Assembly: GCF_902652985.1 (NCBI RefSeq)
Contig: NC_047029.1
Span: forward strand, 21,514,001-21,578,000
Reading direction: 5' to 3'
Length of the DNA: 64,000 nucleotides
From: Pecten maximus
Lineage: Eukaryota
The notes below the pieces were generated by a model that saw nothing but the letters and a program-made list of their open reading frames with translations, was not told where the DNA came from and did no database searches. Position numbers and translations under genes: made by a program. Each line of letters begins with the position of its first letter. The first letter of the stretch is position 1. This document shows positions 39,414-50,169 of this stretch, in pieces.

Positions 39414-42400
39414 AAAAACAAGAGGCCCAGGGGCCTTAACGGTCATCTGACTCTAAATTAAAACCCTTATATTATTGTAGTATGTATTCTCACAAGTATA
39501 TAGTGTCACTGTTGGCCATCATCAGGCCATCTTGGATTTCTGACCGACCCGATAAATAACAGCACTTGGTAAGGACCATCTCAGGATCATTTCTGGTAAG
39601 TTAGAGCTGAATCCCACCGGTGGAATTTGAGAAGAAGTTTGAAATAGGTGTTGCCAGGAAAACCATGATTGCGCAATCATGTTACAAAATGGCCGCCATT
39701 GCTGCCATGACGGCCATCTTGGATTTCAGACTAATCCAAAAAATAGCAACACTTGGTCGGACTCATCTCAGGAACATTTCAGGCAAGTTTCAGCCAAACA
39801 GCACTGGTGGAACTTGAGAAGAAGTTTAAAATGTGTTTTTCAAGATGGTGGTTATGGTGGCCATCTTGGATTTCGGACCGACCCGAAAAATAACAACACT
39901 TGGTCGGGATCATATCAGGATCATTTCAGGCATGTTTCAGCCCAACAGCACTGGTGGAACTTGAGAAGAAGTTTAAAATGTGTTTTTCAAGATGGCGGCT
40001 ATGGCGGCCATCTTGGATTTCGGATCGGCCCGAAAAATAACAACATTTGGTGGGGATCATCTCAGGATCATTTCTGGCAAGTTTCAGCCCAACAGCACTG
40101 GTGGAACTAGAGAAGAAGTTTAAAATGTGTTTTTCAAGATGGCGGCTATGGCGGCCATCTTGGATTTCGGATCGGCCCGAAAAATAACAACATTTGGTGG
40201 GGATCATCTCAGGATCATTTCTGGCAAGTTTCAGCCCAACAGCACTGGTGGAACTAGAGAAGAAGTTTAAAATGTGTTTTTCAAGATGGCGGCTATGGCG
40301 GCCATCTTGGATTTCGGACCGACCCGAAAAATAACAACACTTGGTCGGGATCATCTCAGGATCATTTCAGGCAAGTTTCAGCTCTATAGCACTGGTGGAA
40401 CTTGAGAAGTTTAAAATGTGTTTTTCAAGATGGCGGCTATGGCGGCCATCTTGGATTTCGGATCGGCCCAAAAAATAACAACATTTGGTGGGGATCATCT
40501 CAGGATGATTTCTGGCAAGTTTCAGCCCAACAGCACTGGTGGAACTTGAGAAGAAGTTTAAAATGTGTTTTTCAAGATGGCGGCTATGGCGGCCATCTTG
40601 GATTTCGGATCGGCCCGAAAAATAACAACATTTGGTGGGGATCATCTCAGGATGATTTCTGGCAAGTTTCAGCCCAACAGCACTGGTGGAACTTGAGAAG
40701 AAGTTTAAAATGTGTTTTTCAAGATGGCGGCTTTGGCGGCCATCTTGGATTTCGGATCGGCCCGAAAAATAACAACATTTGGTGGGGATCATCTCAGGAT
40801 CATTTCTGGCAAGTTTCAGCCCAACAGCACTGGTGGAACTAGAGAAGAAGTTTAAAATGTGTTTTTCAAGATGGCGGCTATGGCGGCCATCTTGGATTTC
40901 GGACCGACCCGAAAAATAACAACACTTGGTCGGGATCATCTCAGGATCATTTCAGGCAAGTTTCAGCTCAATAGCACTGGTGGAACTTGAGAAGTTTAAA
41001 ATGTGTTTTTCAAGATGGCGGCTATGATGGCCATCTTGGATTTTGGACCGACCCGAAAAATAACAACACTTTGTCGGGGATCATATCAGGATCATTTCAG
41101 GCCAGTTTCAGCCCAACAGCACTGGTGGAACTTGAGAAGAAGTTTAAAATGTGTTTTTCAAGATGGCGGCCATCTTGGATTTCGGACCGACCCGAAAAAT
41201 AACAACACTTGGTCGGGATCATATCAGGATCATTTCAGGCCAGTTTCAGCCCAACAGCACTGGTGGAACTTGAGAAGAAGTTTAAAATGTGTTTTTCAAG
41301 ATGGTGGTTATGGTGGCCATCTTGGATTTCGGACCGACCCGAAAAATAACAACACTTGGTCGGGATCATATCAGGATCATTTCAGCCCAACAGCACTGGT
41401 GGAACTTGAGAAGAAGTTTAAAATGTGTTTTTCAAGATGGCGGCTATGGCGGCCATCTTGGATTTCGGACCGACCCGAAAAATAACAACACTTGGTCGGG
41501 ATCATATCAGGATCATTTCAGGCAAGTTTCAGCTCTATAGCACTGGTGGAACTTGAGAAGTTTAAAATGTGTTTTTCAAGATGGCGGCTATGACGGCCAT
41601 CTTGGATTTCGGATCGGCCCGAAAAATAACAACATTTGGTGGGGATCATCTCAGGATGATTTCTGGCAAGTTTCAGCCCAACAGCACTGGTGGAACTTGA
41701 GAAGAAGTTTAAAATGTGTTTTTCAAGATGGCGGCTATGGCGGCCATCTTGGATTTCGGATCGGCCCGAAAAATAACAACATTTGGTGGGGATCATCTCA
41801 GGATCATTTCTGGCAAGTTTTAGCCCAACAGCACTGGTGGAACTAGAGAAGAAGTTTAAAATGTGTTTTTCAAGATGGCGGCTATGGCGACCATCTTGGA
41901 TTTCGGACCGACCCGAAAAATAACAACACTTGGTCGGGATCATCTCAGGATCATTTCAGGCAAGTTTCAGCTCAATAGCACTGGTGGAACTTGAGAAGTT
42001 TAAAATGTGTTTTTCAAGATGGCGGCTATGATGGCCATCTTGGATTTTGGACCGACCCGAAAAATAACAACACTTTGTCGGGGATCATATCAGGATCATT
42101 TCAGGCCAGTTTCAGCCCAACAGCACTGGTGGAACTTGAGAAGAAGTTTAAAATGTGTTTTTCAAGATGGCGGCTATGGCGGCCATCTTGGATTTCGGAC
42201 CGGCACGAAAAATAACAACACGTGGTCGGGATTATATCAGGATCTTTGCAGGCAAGTTTCAGCCCAACAGCACTGTAGGAACTTGAGAAGAAGCTTAAAA
42301 TGTGTTTTTCAAGATGGCGGCTATGGCGGCCATCTTGGATTTCGGACCGACCCGAAAAATAACAACACTTGGTCGGGATCATCTCAGAATCATTTCTGGC

Positions 42401-42648
42401 AAGTTTCAGCCCAACAGCACTGGTGGAACTTGAGAAGAAGTTTAAAATGTGTTTTCAAAATGACGACTATGGCGGCCATCTTGGATTTCGGACCGACCCG
42501 AAAAATAACAACACTTGGTCAGGACCATCTCAGGTTCTTTTCTGGCAAGTTTCAGCTTAATCCCACTGGTGGAACTTGAGAAGAAGATTGAAATGTGAAA
42601 AGTTTACGGACGGCGCACGACGCCCTTTGGGTCAGATGACCTAAAAAC
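39414..42648 (-). mobile_element. HINE/pearl-like element with 147-bp satellite
   Basis: Subterminal inverted motif ggtcatctgac (39441) / gtcagatgacc (42631). Terminal hairpin aggccc-ag-gggcct next to aaaaaacaag, and A runs at both ends. The 5' hairpin and microsatellite region is partly deleted. Confidence 0.85.
39510..42600. repeat. 147-bp satellite array, ~21 units
   Basis: Anchor gcactggtgg at 39801, 39948, 40095, 40242, 40389, 40533 ... 42417. Unit lengths are mostly 147 bp, with 144/145/138/136-bp variants. Confidence 0.97.
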
Positions 42649-43080
42649 CTTAACTCATTACAACCCATACCAAACTCGTTATAAAAAATTAAAAAATATC
42701 AAACTCATTATAAAGAATAAACAGTTACTAAACCCACCTAGAGAATAATCTCATACCAAATTTATTCAAAGAATACAGATATACTAACCTCATTATAATG
42801 ATTAGAATACAAAACTGGTCATGGAGAACAATACAAAACCCATTCAAAAAATAATGATATAACAAACTCATTACAGAAAAATACTTAATAGTCAATCACA
42901 TTTTGAAATACCAAACTAATTTCATAAAATGAAATACCTAGCTCTCAAACAAATTTAAAGCTTATTAGAAAAATAAGAAATGTCACTACTATTTTGTGAT
43001 AAGGAAAACAATACTGGTATTAAACAATCATATGATAACGAAAGATTGTAGGAATTTAATAACTAACCTTCATTAAAACG
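42649..43080. repeat. Degenerate A-rich ~29-bp minisatellite (also at ~39250-39415)
   Basis: Recurrent atac/tcaaactcatt(t)a..gaataa on both sides of the HINE. Confidence 0.6.
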
Positions 43081-43139
43081 AAATACGGAAATCGTCCAGT
43101 CTTAATCAGCGGGATAGGTTGACAAATCTATTTTCCAGA

Positions 43140-43338
43140 GGATCACATCCGTTTCACTTAGCGACGCGTCACACGCCTCTAAACCAATATAAAGATATCC
43201 TCCACGTGATAGATCCATCTCTACCAATCAGAAACTCGAAGGAAGGTATTTATATCAGCCATACCCATCACTATCCGTATACACGTGAGCGGCACGTGGC
43301 ATAGGGAGGGATGCTATCTTGTCAAACGAATGTGATTC
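43140..43338. promoter_or_regulatory. ~200-bp segment bounded by imperfect inverted repeats, containing 3 CACGTG E-boxes and 2 CCAAT boxes
   Basis: ggatcacatccgttt (43140) / aaacgaatgtgattc (43324). CACGTG at 43203, 43282 and 43293. Confidence 0.4.
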
Positions 43339-44293
43339 GCGATAAGAAGGTACAATGTGTTCGTTATCACATCCGTAAATGCTTCAATGATTGTACAGAG
43401 GACTCATATTACTCTCCTAATTACCGCATGCGCTTGCTGAATTACAGATGCTAGGTCATAACGGGGATCTATTAATGTCACAATGTGGATACATTCCTCG
43501 TGTTTAATCATTGTTATAGGTGGATATATAGCCTTGTCTTAAACTTTGAATCTGTTAATCTTTCAACGAGACACATGGGACGACCACATTTTGAAATACA
43601 TGTTTGAAAATTTCATACAAATGACATAAGGCGATTGGTTTGTTGGCTTCTACATATTGCGTATATAGATAAACGTATAGTTATTGCCGTCACACGTGTT
43701 GTCAACGTGCAATATATCATCAGTACTATTGGACATATTTTTTCATATTGTTTTTAGCCAATATCCTACATATTCTTCTCTTCAAATAGATTAGCACCAA
43801 GACATTTTTCTTTTTTCATATAATTTGATGTCATTTGAAATAATTTATGACATATTCCTATTGTTCACGAAGGTTTTTTTTATAAAAGTGGATATATAAA
43901 TATCTGCAGAACCCTCTTTCATTTTTTCGTCCCGATCAGGAAATCGAAAACCCTTCAGGAAACCTTTTTGTACTCTTCTTTGAGATTCGAGGTTACAGAC
44001 ACTGCTGGTGGGCTTCAATTCCCGGGGTATCGGAGATAGGCTGTGTCAAATATTCTTATATAAACACTGCCTGCACATCCGCCCGCCTGCTCGTGCCCAA
44101 GTTCAAAACAATACACAATAAAATTAAAAAAAATCAAGGTCGTTAAGATCGAATGATCCATGAAAAAGTTGATTTCAAACGGACCCTGACTATTAGTTAG
44201 GGGAGATAATTATGTAAAATTTAATTTAAACACACCAAAACTAACAAATGACTATTATACCGGTATTACGTATTTCCGTTAGCAAATATTGAA

Positions 44294-44428
44294 ATGGATG
44301 AAATAAAGCCCAAGTGTCAAACGAAAGCGATATTGGCGTTTGGCTTCTTGGTGATTATGGGAATACTTAGTAACACGATTGGCCTCTTACTGACCGATTT
44401 TTCTAGTTTATATGATAAAGCTCTATAA
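44294..44428 (+). CDS. Candidate 44-aa single-pass membrane micropeptide or truncated membrane-protein exon
   Basis: MDEIKPKCQTKAILAFGFLVIMGILSNTIGLLLTDFSSLYDKAL* has a ~22-residue hydrophobic segment. The ATG context is gaaATGg, and an acceptor tatttccgttag| lies 11 nt upstream. Confidence 0.4.
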   Translation: MDEIKPKCQTKAILAFGFLVIMGILSNTIGLLLTDFSSLYDKAL

Positions 44429-45060
44429 TGCCCCTAACATCAATGACGAGTCCTAGATGGACAAAACAGCTGAATGATCATCAAGTATCACTGATGATTC
44501 CTAGAAAGCAAATGAAAACAAAAAACTGTTTGATGTCCGTAGCATCACTGTGGAGCGTAAGAAAGAAGAAACAGCTGCGTTATGTCCCTAGCAGCACTGA
44601 CATCACAGATGCATGATATCCCAAACATCACTGATGAGTCTTAGAAGAACGAAACAGCAGTATGATGTCCTAAGTAGCACAGACAATTCCTAGAAGACGA
44701 TACAGATGTATGATATGATGTCCTTAACATCACTGACGAGTTCAAGAATGATTAAAAGCTGTGATGTTCCTAACATTACTTACAAGTTCAGTAACGATTA
44801 ACAGGTGTATCATATTCCTAGCATCATTGAAAAGTCCTAAAAGGACAAAACACTTGTATGATATCCCTATCATCACTGACGAGTCTTAGAAGTAAGAAAC
44901 AGCTGTATGATATCCTTAACATCATTGAAGAGTCCTAAAAGGACAAAACAGCTGTATGATGTCCCTATCATCACTGACGGGAACTAGAAGGAAGAAACAG
45001 CTGTATGATGTCCCTAACATCACTGTCGAGTCTTAGAAGTTAGAAACAGGTGAGTGATGT
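44419..45060 (+). ncRNA. Tandem array of ~13 minimal hammerhead ribozyme units (49-bp period), degenerate
   Basis: Consensus AACATCA-CTGAYGA-GTCC-TAGAA-GGAC-GAAA-CAGCTG-TA-TGATGT-CCCT contains the CUGANGA and GAAA core, stem II, stem I (ACATCA/TGATGT), a palindromic stem III and a GUA triplet. Cores at 44827, 44876, 44925, 44974 and 45023 are exactly 49 apart. Confidence 0.88.
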
Positions 45061-46494
45061 AGTTTCTTTTTAACATTTCTCTCTGCTGTACCTAATATCT
45101 TGTCTGTCTTTTGTAAAATCCTTCCAAATTGATTAGTTTTTGAATATGTCAGCAAAAACATGATCAAGGGTCAATAACTCTTTACAATTTAAAATCGAAA
45201 CACACTTTTCCCATTTAGACGGAATGTTGCATGTGTTTTGACGAGAATTTGCAGAAATAAAATATCAAACTTGGGTAAAACCTGATTAGTTAACATAAAT
45301 ACGGAAGCCATTTTGAAACACCACATGCGAAGTGTCATGTGTTTAGTTTACACAAAGATTTGTTGCGCACTGGCAGAGCACTCAAGGTAACGTACAACGT
45401 CGGCGTGCCTATTGGATGATAAATGTGTTTGTGTTTTATACTGATTGCTATATGCCAGTATTCTTTACAATATCCAAACTCTGCATGCCTGGAATTTCAT
45501 GCTCTTTAACTCTTCCCCACAAGGGGTACTTGCACTCAGCTATTGAAATATTTATGTCCAAGTTGGTGACTTTTTTATAGTAAATATCCCCATCTTTTGG
45601 ACAGTTTTTATGTTCAGGATGTATCTATATGTGTTAAGGCATATTTTGATTATTGACATTTGAACTAATAAATGTTCAATTTCGACAATGTATGTATTTA
45701 TATTTGTGTTGTTTTATATAATTATGTCCATAAACATAGCAGAGGATTACCTGTATGCAGTCTAAAACTTCCATTAGCATAACACGAAGGTATAATAACC
45801 GCATTGCCAAGGAATTGTCCCTTATAAGACATTTCAGAGAATTGTGTTACAAGTGCTCGCAATGCCTTGTACTGTTTTTCATATTGCATTTTTAACGTCA
45901 TTTCAATTGGTAGATATCAGTGACAATATGGAGTCTCTCCAGTGTTTCTGCGAGGAAACACTTTTAAGTAATCATTGAAAAGAAATCCTTCAATGCTAAA
46001 TTAAGGAAATATGCTACATTCACTGTCAGAAATATTTTTCTATGTTAGCCGTTATGCTAATTTTTATTAAGGGTTTTTAATCAAGTTAATAACTCGATAA
46101 TTGAAAGCTTCTATAACATACATACAACAAAATATTGCATTAAAAATGTCATCAATCTCAAATGTTGCCAATAAATCGTTTTACATAATATAGGTTTTAA
46201 ATACAGACGACTATTAAACGTATACAACGCATTTTCTACGTAAGAAGTGTACTGTTGCATTTCCGGGAATTTACATATGGATTCTAGCTAGGCAGTTGGT
46301 AATAAATCCTTACTTTCGAAAATTCGAAAAATTAAAAACATCTGTGATGAATGGACGATACAGATAGACGCGCGTGCTTTGAATGACTTATTGTATATGT
46401 CACTTTTCTAGGAAACTACAAATACCAAAACAACCAAAATATGTTTTTTAATTATCACACCATTAAATGTAATTACATATCGCTCCATTTACAA

Positions 46495-46990
46495 TGGTTT
46501 GGTTTGGTTGATTTATTTTGTTTAACGTCCTATTAACATCTAAGGTCATTTAAGGACGGCCTCCCGTGCGGGACATGCATGCGTGTGGTGAGTGCGTTGT
46601 GTGTTTTGGGAGGCTGCGGTATGTTAGTTAAGTCTCCTTGTGATAGGCCGGAACTTTTCCGATTTATCGTGCTACCCACTGAAGCTCCTGCCGAAGACAA
46701 CAAGTCAGCACACCCCACCGGTCAATGATGACTGACAAACGGGCGAACCATCGTCCCACTCCAAATATGCTGAGCGCTAAGCAAGGAGTAGAAACTGCCA
46801 TTTTTAAAGACGCTGGATGGTCAAGGCGAGGTTACAGAACCAAAGCCTTCCTCATAACGGCGAACGCTCAACTAAAGGCCAAATGTGAGGCATTGTCAAG
46901 GGAGACATTAGGAAGAAGAAAGAAAGAAGAGAAAAGATAAGATCCCAAATTCTGTCGCCTCTTACGATCATGCGATAGGGGGCAGCAGGT
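46495..46990 (-). mobile_element. Family C composite Meta-domain SINE-like element, slightly 5'-truncated
   Basis: Colinear with 35181-35494 plus 36681-36870. Uninterrupted at ccatttttaaagac, the empty HINE site. Confidence 0.88.
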
Positions 46991-47709
46991 TCAGAAGTGG
47001 GGAATCGCATCATCAGCTTTTTAGAATATTATCGTAAAGCATAACGCTTTTGATCCACATTGCTGATTGCTTTGAACTTTGTGATATCATCAAGCGAAGA
47101 TGAAAGAGAGCATCTGCCAAAGATCGGGGAATACTATATTGAATTGACTTTATTGTTCAGTGATATTGATATCTCGATTTGGATATATTTTGTAAAGAAA
47201 ACGCTATAATATAAACATTTTAGTTTTGCAGTTTGTAAACATTTAAGGTATTATGGTATGCCAAGGGAAATAGACATGGTCGAGGGAAAACATAATCTTG
47301 CTTTATCCCTTCAACCTCAAACAATTTTATATACAGATACAGGCCGTAGATAGAGTTTAACTCGAAAATGTTTTTAAAACACGGCTTTTATAGCTGGGTC
47401 CTGTTAAGAGACGGCAATGGAACTAAATGCAACCAGAATGAATTAAAATATACGGGCTAAAATGACCGGCATTAATTTTTTTTAAATAAATCACAAAACA
47501 AACTGGACGGACTTCGATTTGACTTGGTAAATGGTTTGTCGTCGATGATATCCTGGTTTCCTGTGGGAATAAAGAGATTTTGTAACATATACATTATATC
47601 ATTCCGAACTCTTTCGTTTAAAAACTTAATACTTAATCCCACTAATCAACCTGACATCTGCCAATCTCGTCTATATTATTCCTATTTGCCTAACAGTAAT
47701 ACAAGTATA

Positions 47710-47927
47710 GGGGCCGCGGTAGCGGAATGGTTAAGGTGTATCGACACTCTATCACTAGCCCTCCACCTCTGGGTCGCAGGTTCGAAACCCACGTGCGGCA
47801 GTTGCCTGGTACTGACCGTAAGTCGGTGGTTTTTCTCCGGGTACACCGGTATTCCTCCACCTCCAAATCCTGACACGTCCTTAAATGACACTGGCTGTTA
47901 ATAGAACGTTAAACAGATTGAAACAAA
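47710..47927 (+). mobile_element. tRNA-derived SINE (family B)
   Basis: ggggccgcggtagcggaatggttaagg...ggttcgaaaccc...cacgtccttaaatgacactggctgttaatagaacgttaaac. Confidence 0.9.
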
Positions 47928-50019
47928 TGTACAATAATGACAACGGATGCTTTCAACGTTTTTGTGTAGTCCAGTTTATTTAGGATCACCTTCAACTTAT
48001 CAAGAAAATCGTGACAATGTGACGAGTGGAATTGTGTTTTAGTTCAGCACGGATGTCCATATCCCAGACTGGCACACAGGAATTAAACATCTTAGTGGAG
48101 TCGATGGATGTAATCGTACTAACTTGTTACTTTATATATTATGAATGAGGTAGACGATACGGTAGTTCTGTTATAATGATTTATGTTTATTTAAGAACGT
48201 ATATTATTTTGTGCATTAGTTTGATATTCTTATATTTTTTCGGATATTTGTATTATCTATATGTCAGTTCAGATCTGCGTCTCTCTGTGGTACAACCACC
48301 ACAATAGGACTGTGTTACTTCAGTTGTCAAGGAAAGGTGTTTTCTTCTATAAATATTTTATATATAACTATATTTTGTAGATATCTTGAATCCTCAGCCC
48401 TGTCTGATATAATCCATTTTGAACTCGTCAGTTCTTTGGCAATGGTTTTTATTTCCATCAATATACGACTAAGTTGTACAACGTACTGTCCCTTTGCAAT
48501 ATGTTTATGCGACTCCCTAACATATATTGTCCGAGGTTGATGAGATTTCTTTTACCATAACCTGGTTTTAACCCAGATTTGTATGTAAGAAGACGGAGAC
48601 GCTTCTCCTTTCGGACCAACTGGTCATATTCCTCTTTTCCAATGTAAATAAACAGGTATATTTTGTTCATATCTTATCTTATGGCATATCATCTATTTGT
48701 CGATGTCTTGTAAGAAGCACAATGTACATGTCAAATTATCAGAAGCAGTTATTGTATTGTAACCCATTACAATTCATTTATGTCCATGAAAATATATACT
48801 TCATATTTACTACAATTCACGGAGCTAATATTCGCGGTTGTCTCAGTCGGGTCAAGTTCATAACTTCATATGGTGCTGTAAAAACTTCTATATATTTGTT
48901 CGGTATTTATTATCACACTATTTTTAATGACCTAGAATATACTATAGCGAAATAAATATCCCGCGAATACTACAAAATAGACAGTATGCGGGTCCAGGCC
49001 AGTAGGTGTAGTTTTCTTTTTAAGGATGTGTTTCTGAGCGTTGATCCATGGGTTTCATCATGTACCAAGCCAATGCCTGCGTATGGCTATCGTAAACGAT
49101 TAGGCCTATAAACATCTTAATGTTTTCATATTACTGTACCCGAGTAGATTATAATCTAAACGAACCCTGGTGTTGTTCACGTCGGTATTGTTCTAACTTT
49201 CAGTACAATAAGTCACATTGAGGAAGATACGTACTTGGGATCGTGTCAAACAGCGTAACAACATCCATAAACCTGAATTGCATTGTTATTTTCAACCATT
49301 TTATCTCAAATGGAATTGTTGTTTCAGGTTTTAGTTGATACGTATTTGACATGTCAAAGAGACATCAATTATTAGATCAATAACTGTTGTTTTCCGGTGG
49401 TAACGCCCCATAGAGTTAATGATGTGATGATGTTCATTTTTTGGTCTTTATATTTTTATTATTCAAGTCATGTGATATCATTCAGATGAAAGCTTAACTC
49501 TAATATTTATTTCGCTCTTTCGCTTTATTCCAACCATTATTTAGTGCTGTTGATATAAAACCTGAGATATAAATTACCGTATAATTTAATGGCTATATAA
49601 TGCGAGGGATGTTTTGATGTTCTATATAATGTCATCGATTCCACTTTCGTCCTACAATTATACAACCCTTAAGCTTTCTATTGATTGTTAGACAGTCTTG
49701 TTTGGGTGATAGAACAAATGATCAATAAATATTTTTGATGACCACTGTCTTACCATCAATACTTGTATAGGTACAGTCTGCACATGACGGACCAGCATGC
49801 AGTAAAGTAGTATAATGTTAACCGACTCCATATTCTTAAAAGAATACATCGTCCCCCAACCCGCGAATATCTATATAAGAACAAAGATTAAATTTCATTA
49901 GCAAAACGATAAATCGGCTCAGTTATATAACATAGAACAACGCAAACTAAAAGTGGGTTTCCTGTAAACCAGATATGCGTTTCACATTTGGGTTGATTTA
50001 AACTTTTTATTTTTTTATC

Positions 50020-50160
50020 TGCTTCAAAAGTAAAGGCCGAAGATAGAGCCCTGAAACACTCCTGCCAAAATGTAACCAATGGAAGAAAGGGAACCGGCAA
50101 TGAAAACGCTCTGGATTCTATGAAAGAGATAGTTTTAAAACAATTCTAAAAGGTTTTCGA
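50020..50160 (-). pseudogene. CR1/L2-type LINE reverse transcriptase fragment
   Basis: Minus frame HRIQSVFIAGSLSSIGYILAGVFQGSIFGL is a decayed RxQxV...GVPQGSILGP motif, homologous to 51780-51870. Confidence 0.75.
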
Positions 50161-50169
50161 AATTCCATA

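Noticed and set aside
39620-42579. Long ORFs (up to 190 aa) on both strands
   Set aside because: Artefacts of a 147-bp (49-codon) satellite. The frames break at indel variants and the array lies within a non-autonomous element.
44428-44616. TAATG stop-start coupled 62-aa ORF after the membrane ORF
   Set aside because: It lies wholly in degenerate ribozyme repeats and is likely coincidental.
47710-47795. tRNA genes at SINE heads (also 2941, 7360, 25496, 54478, 58418)
   Set aside because: A/B boxes are present but there is no complete cloverleaf, and most continue into shared SINE bodies.
48458-48670. 70-aa minus-strand ORF and neighbouring open stretch
   Set aside because: No recognisable family, and adjacent frames are interrupted by stops.
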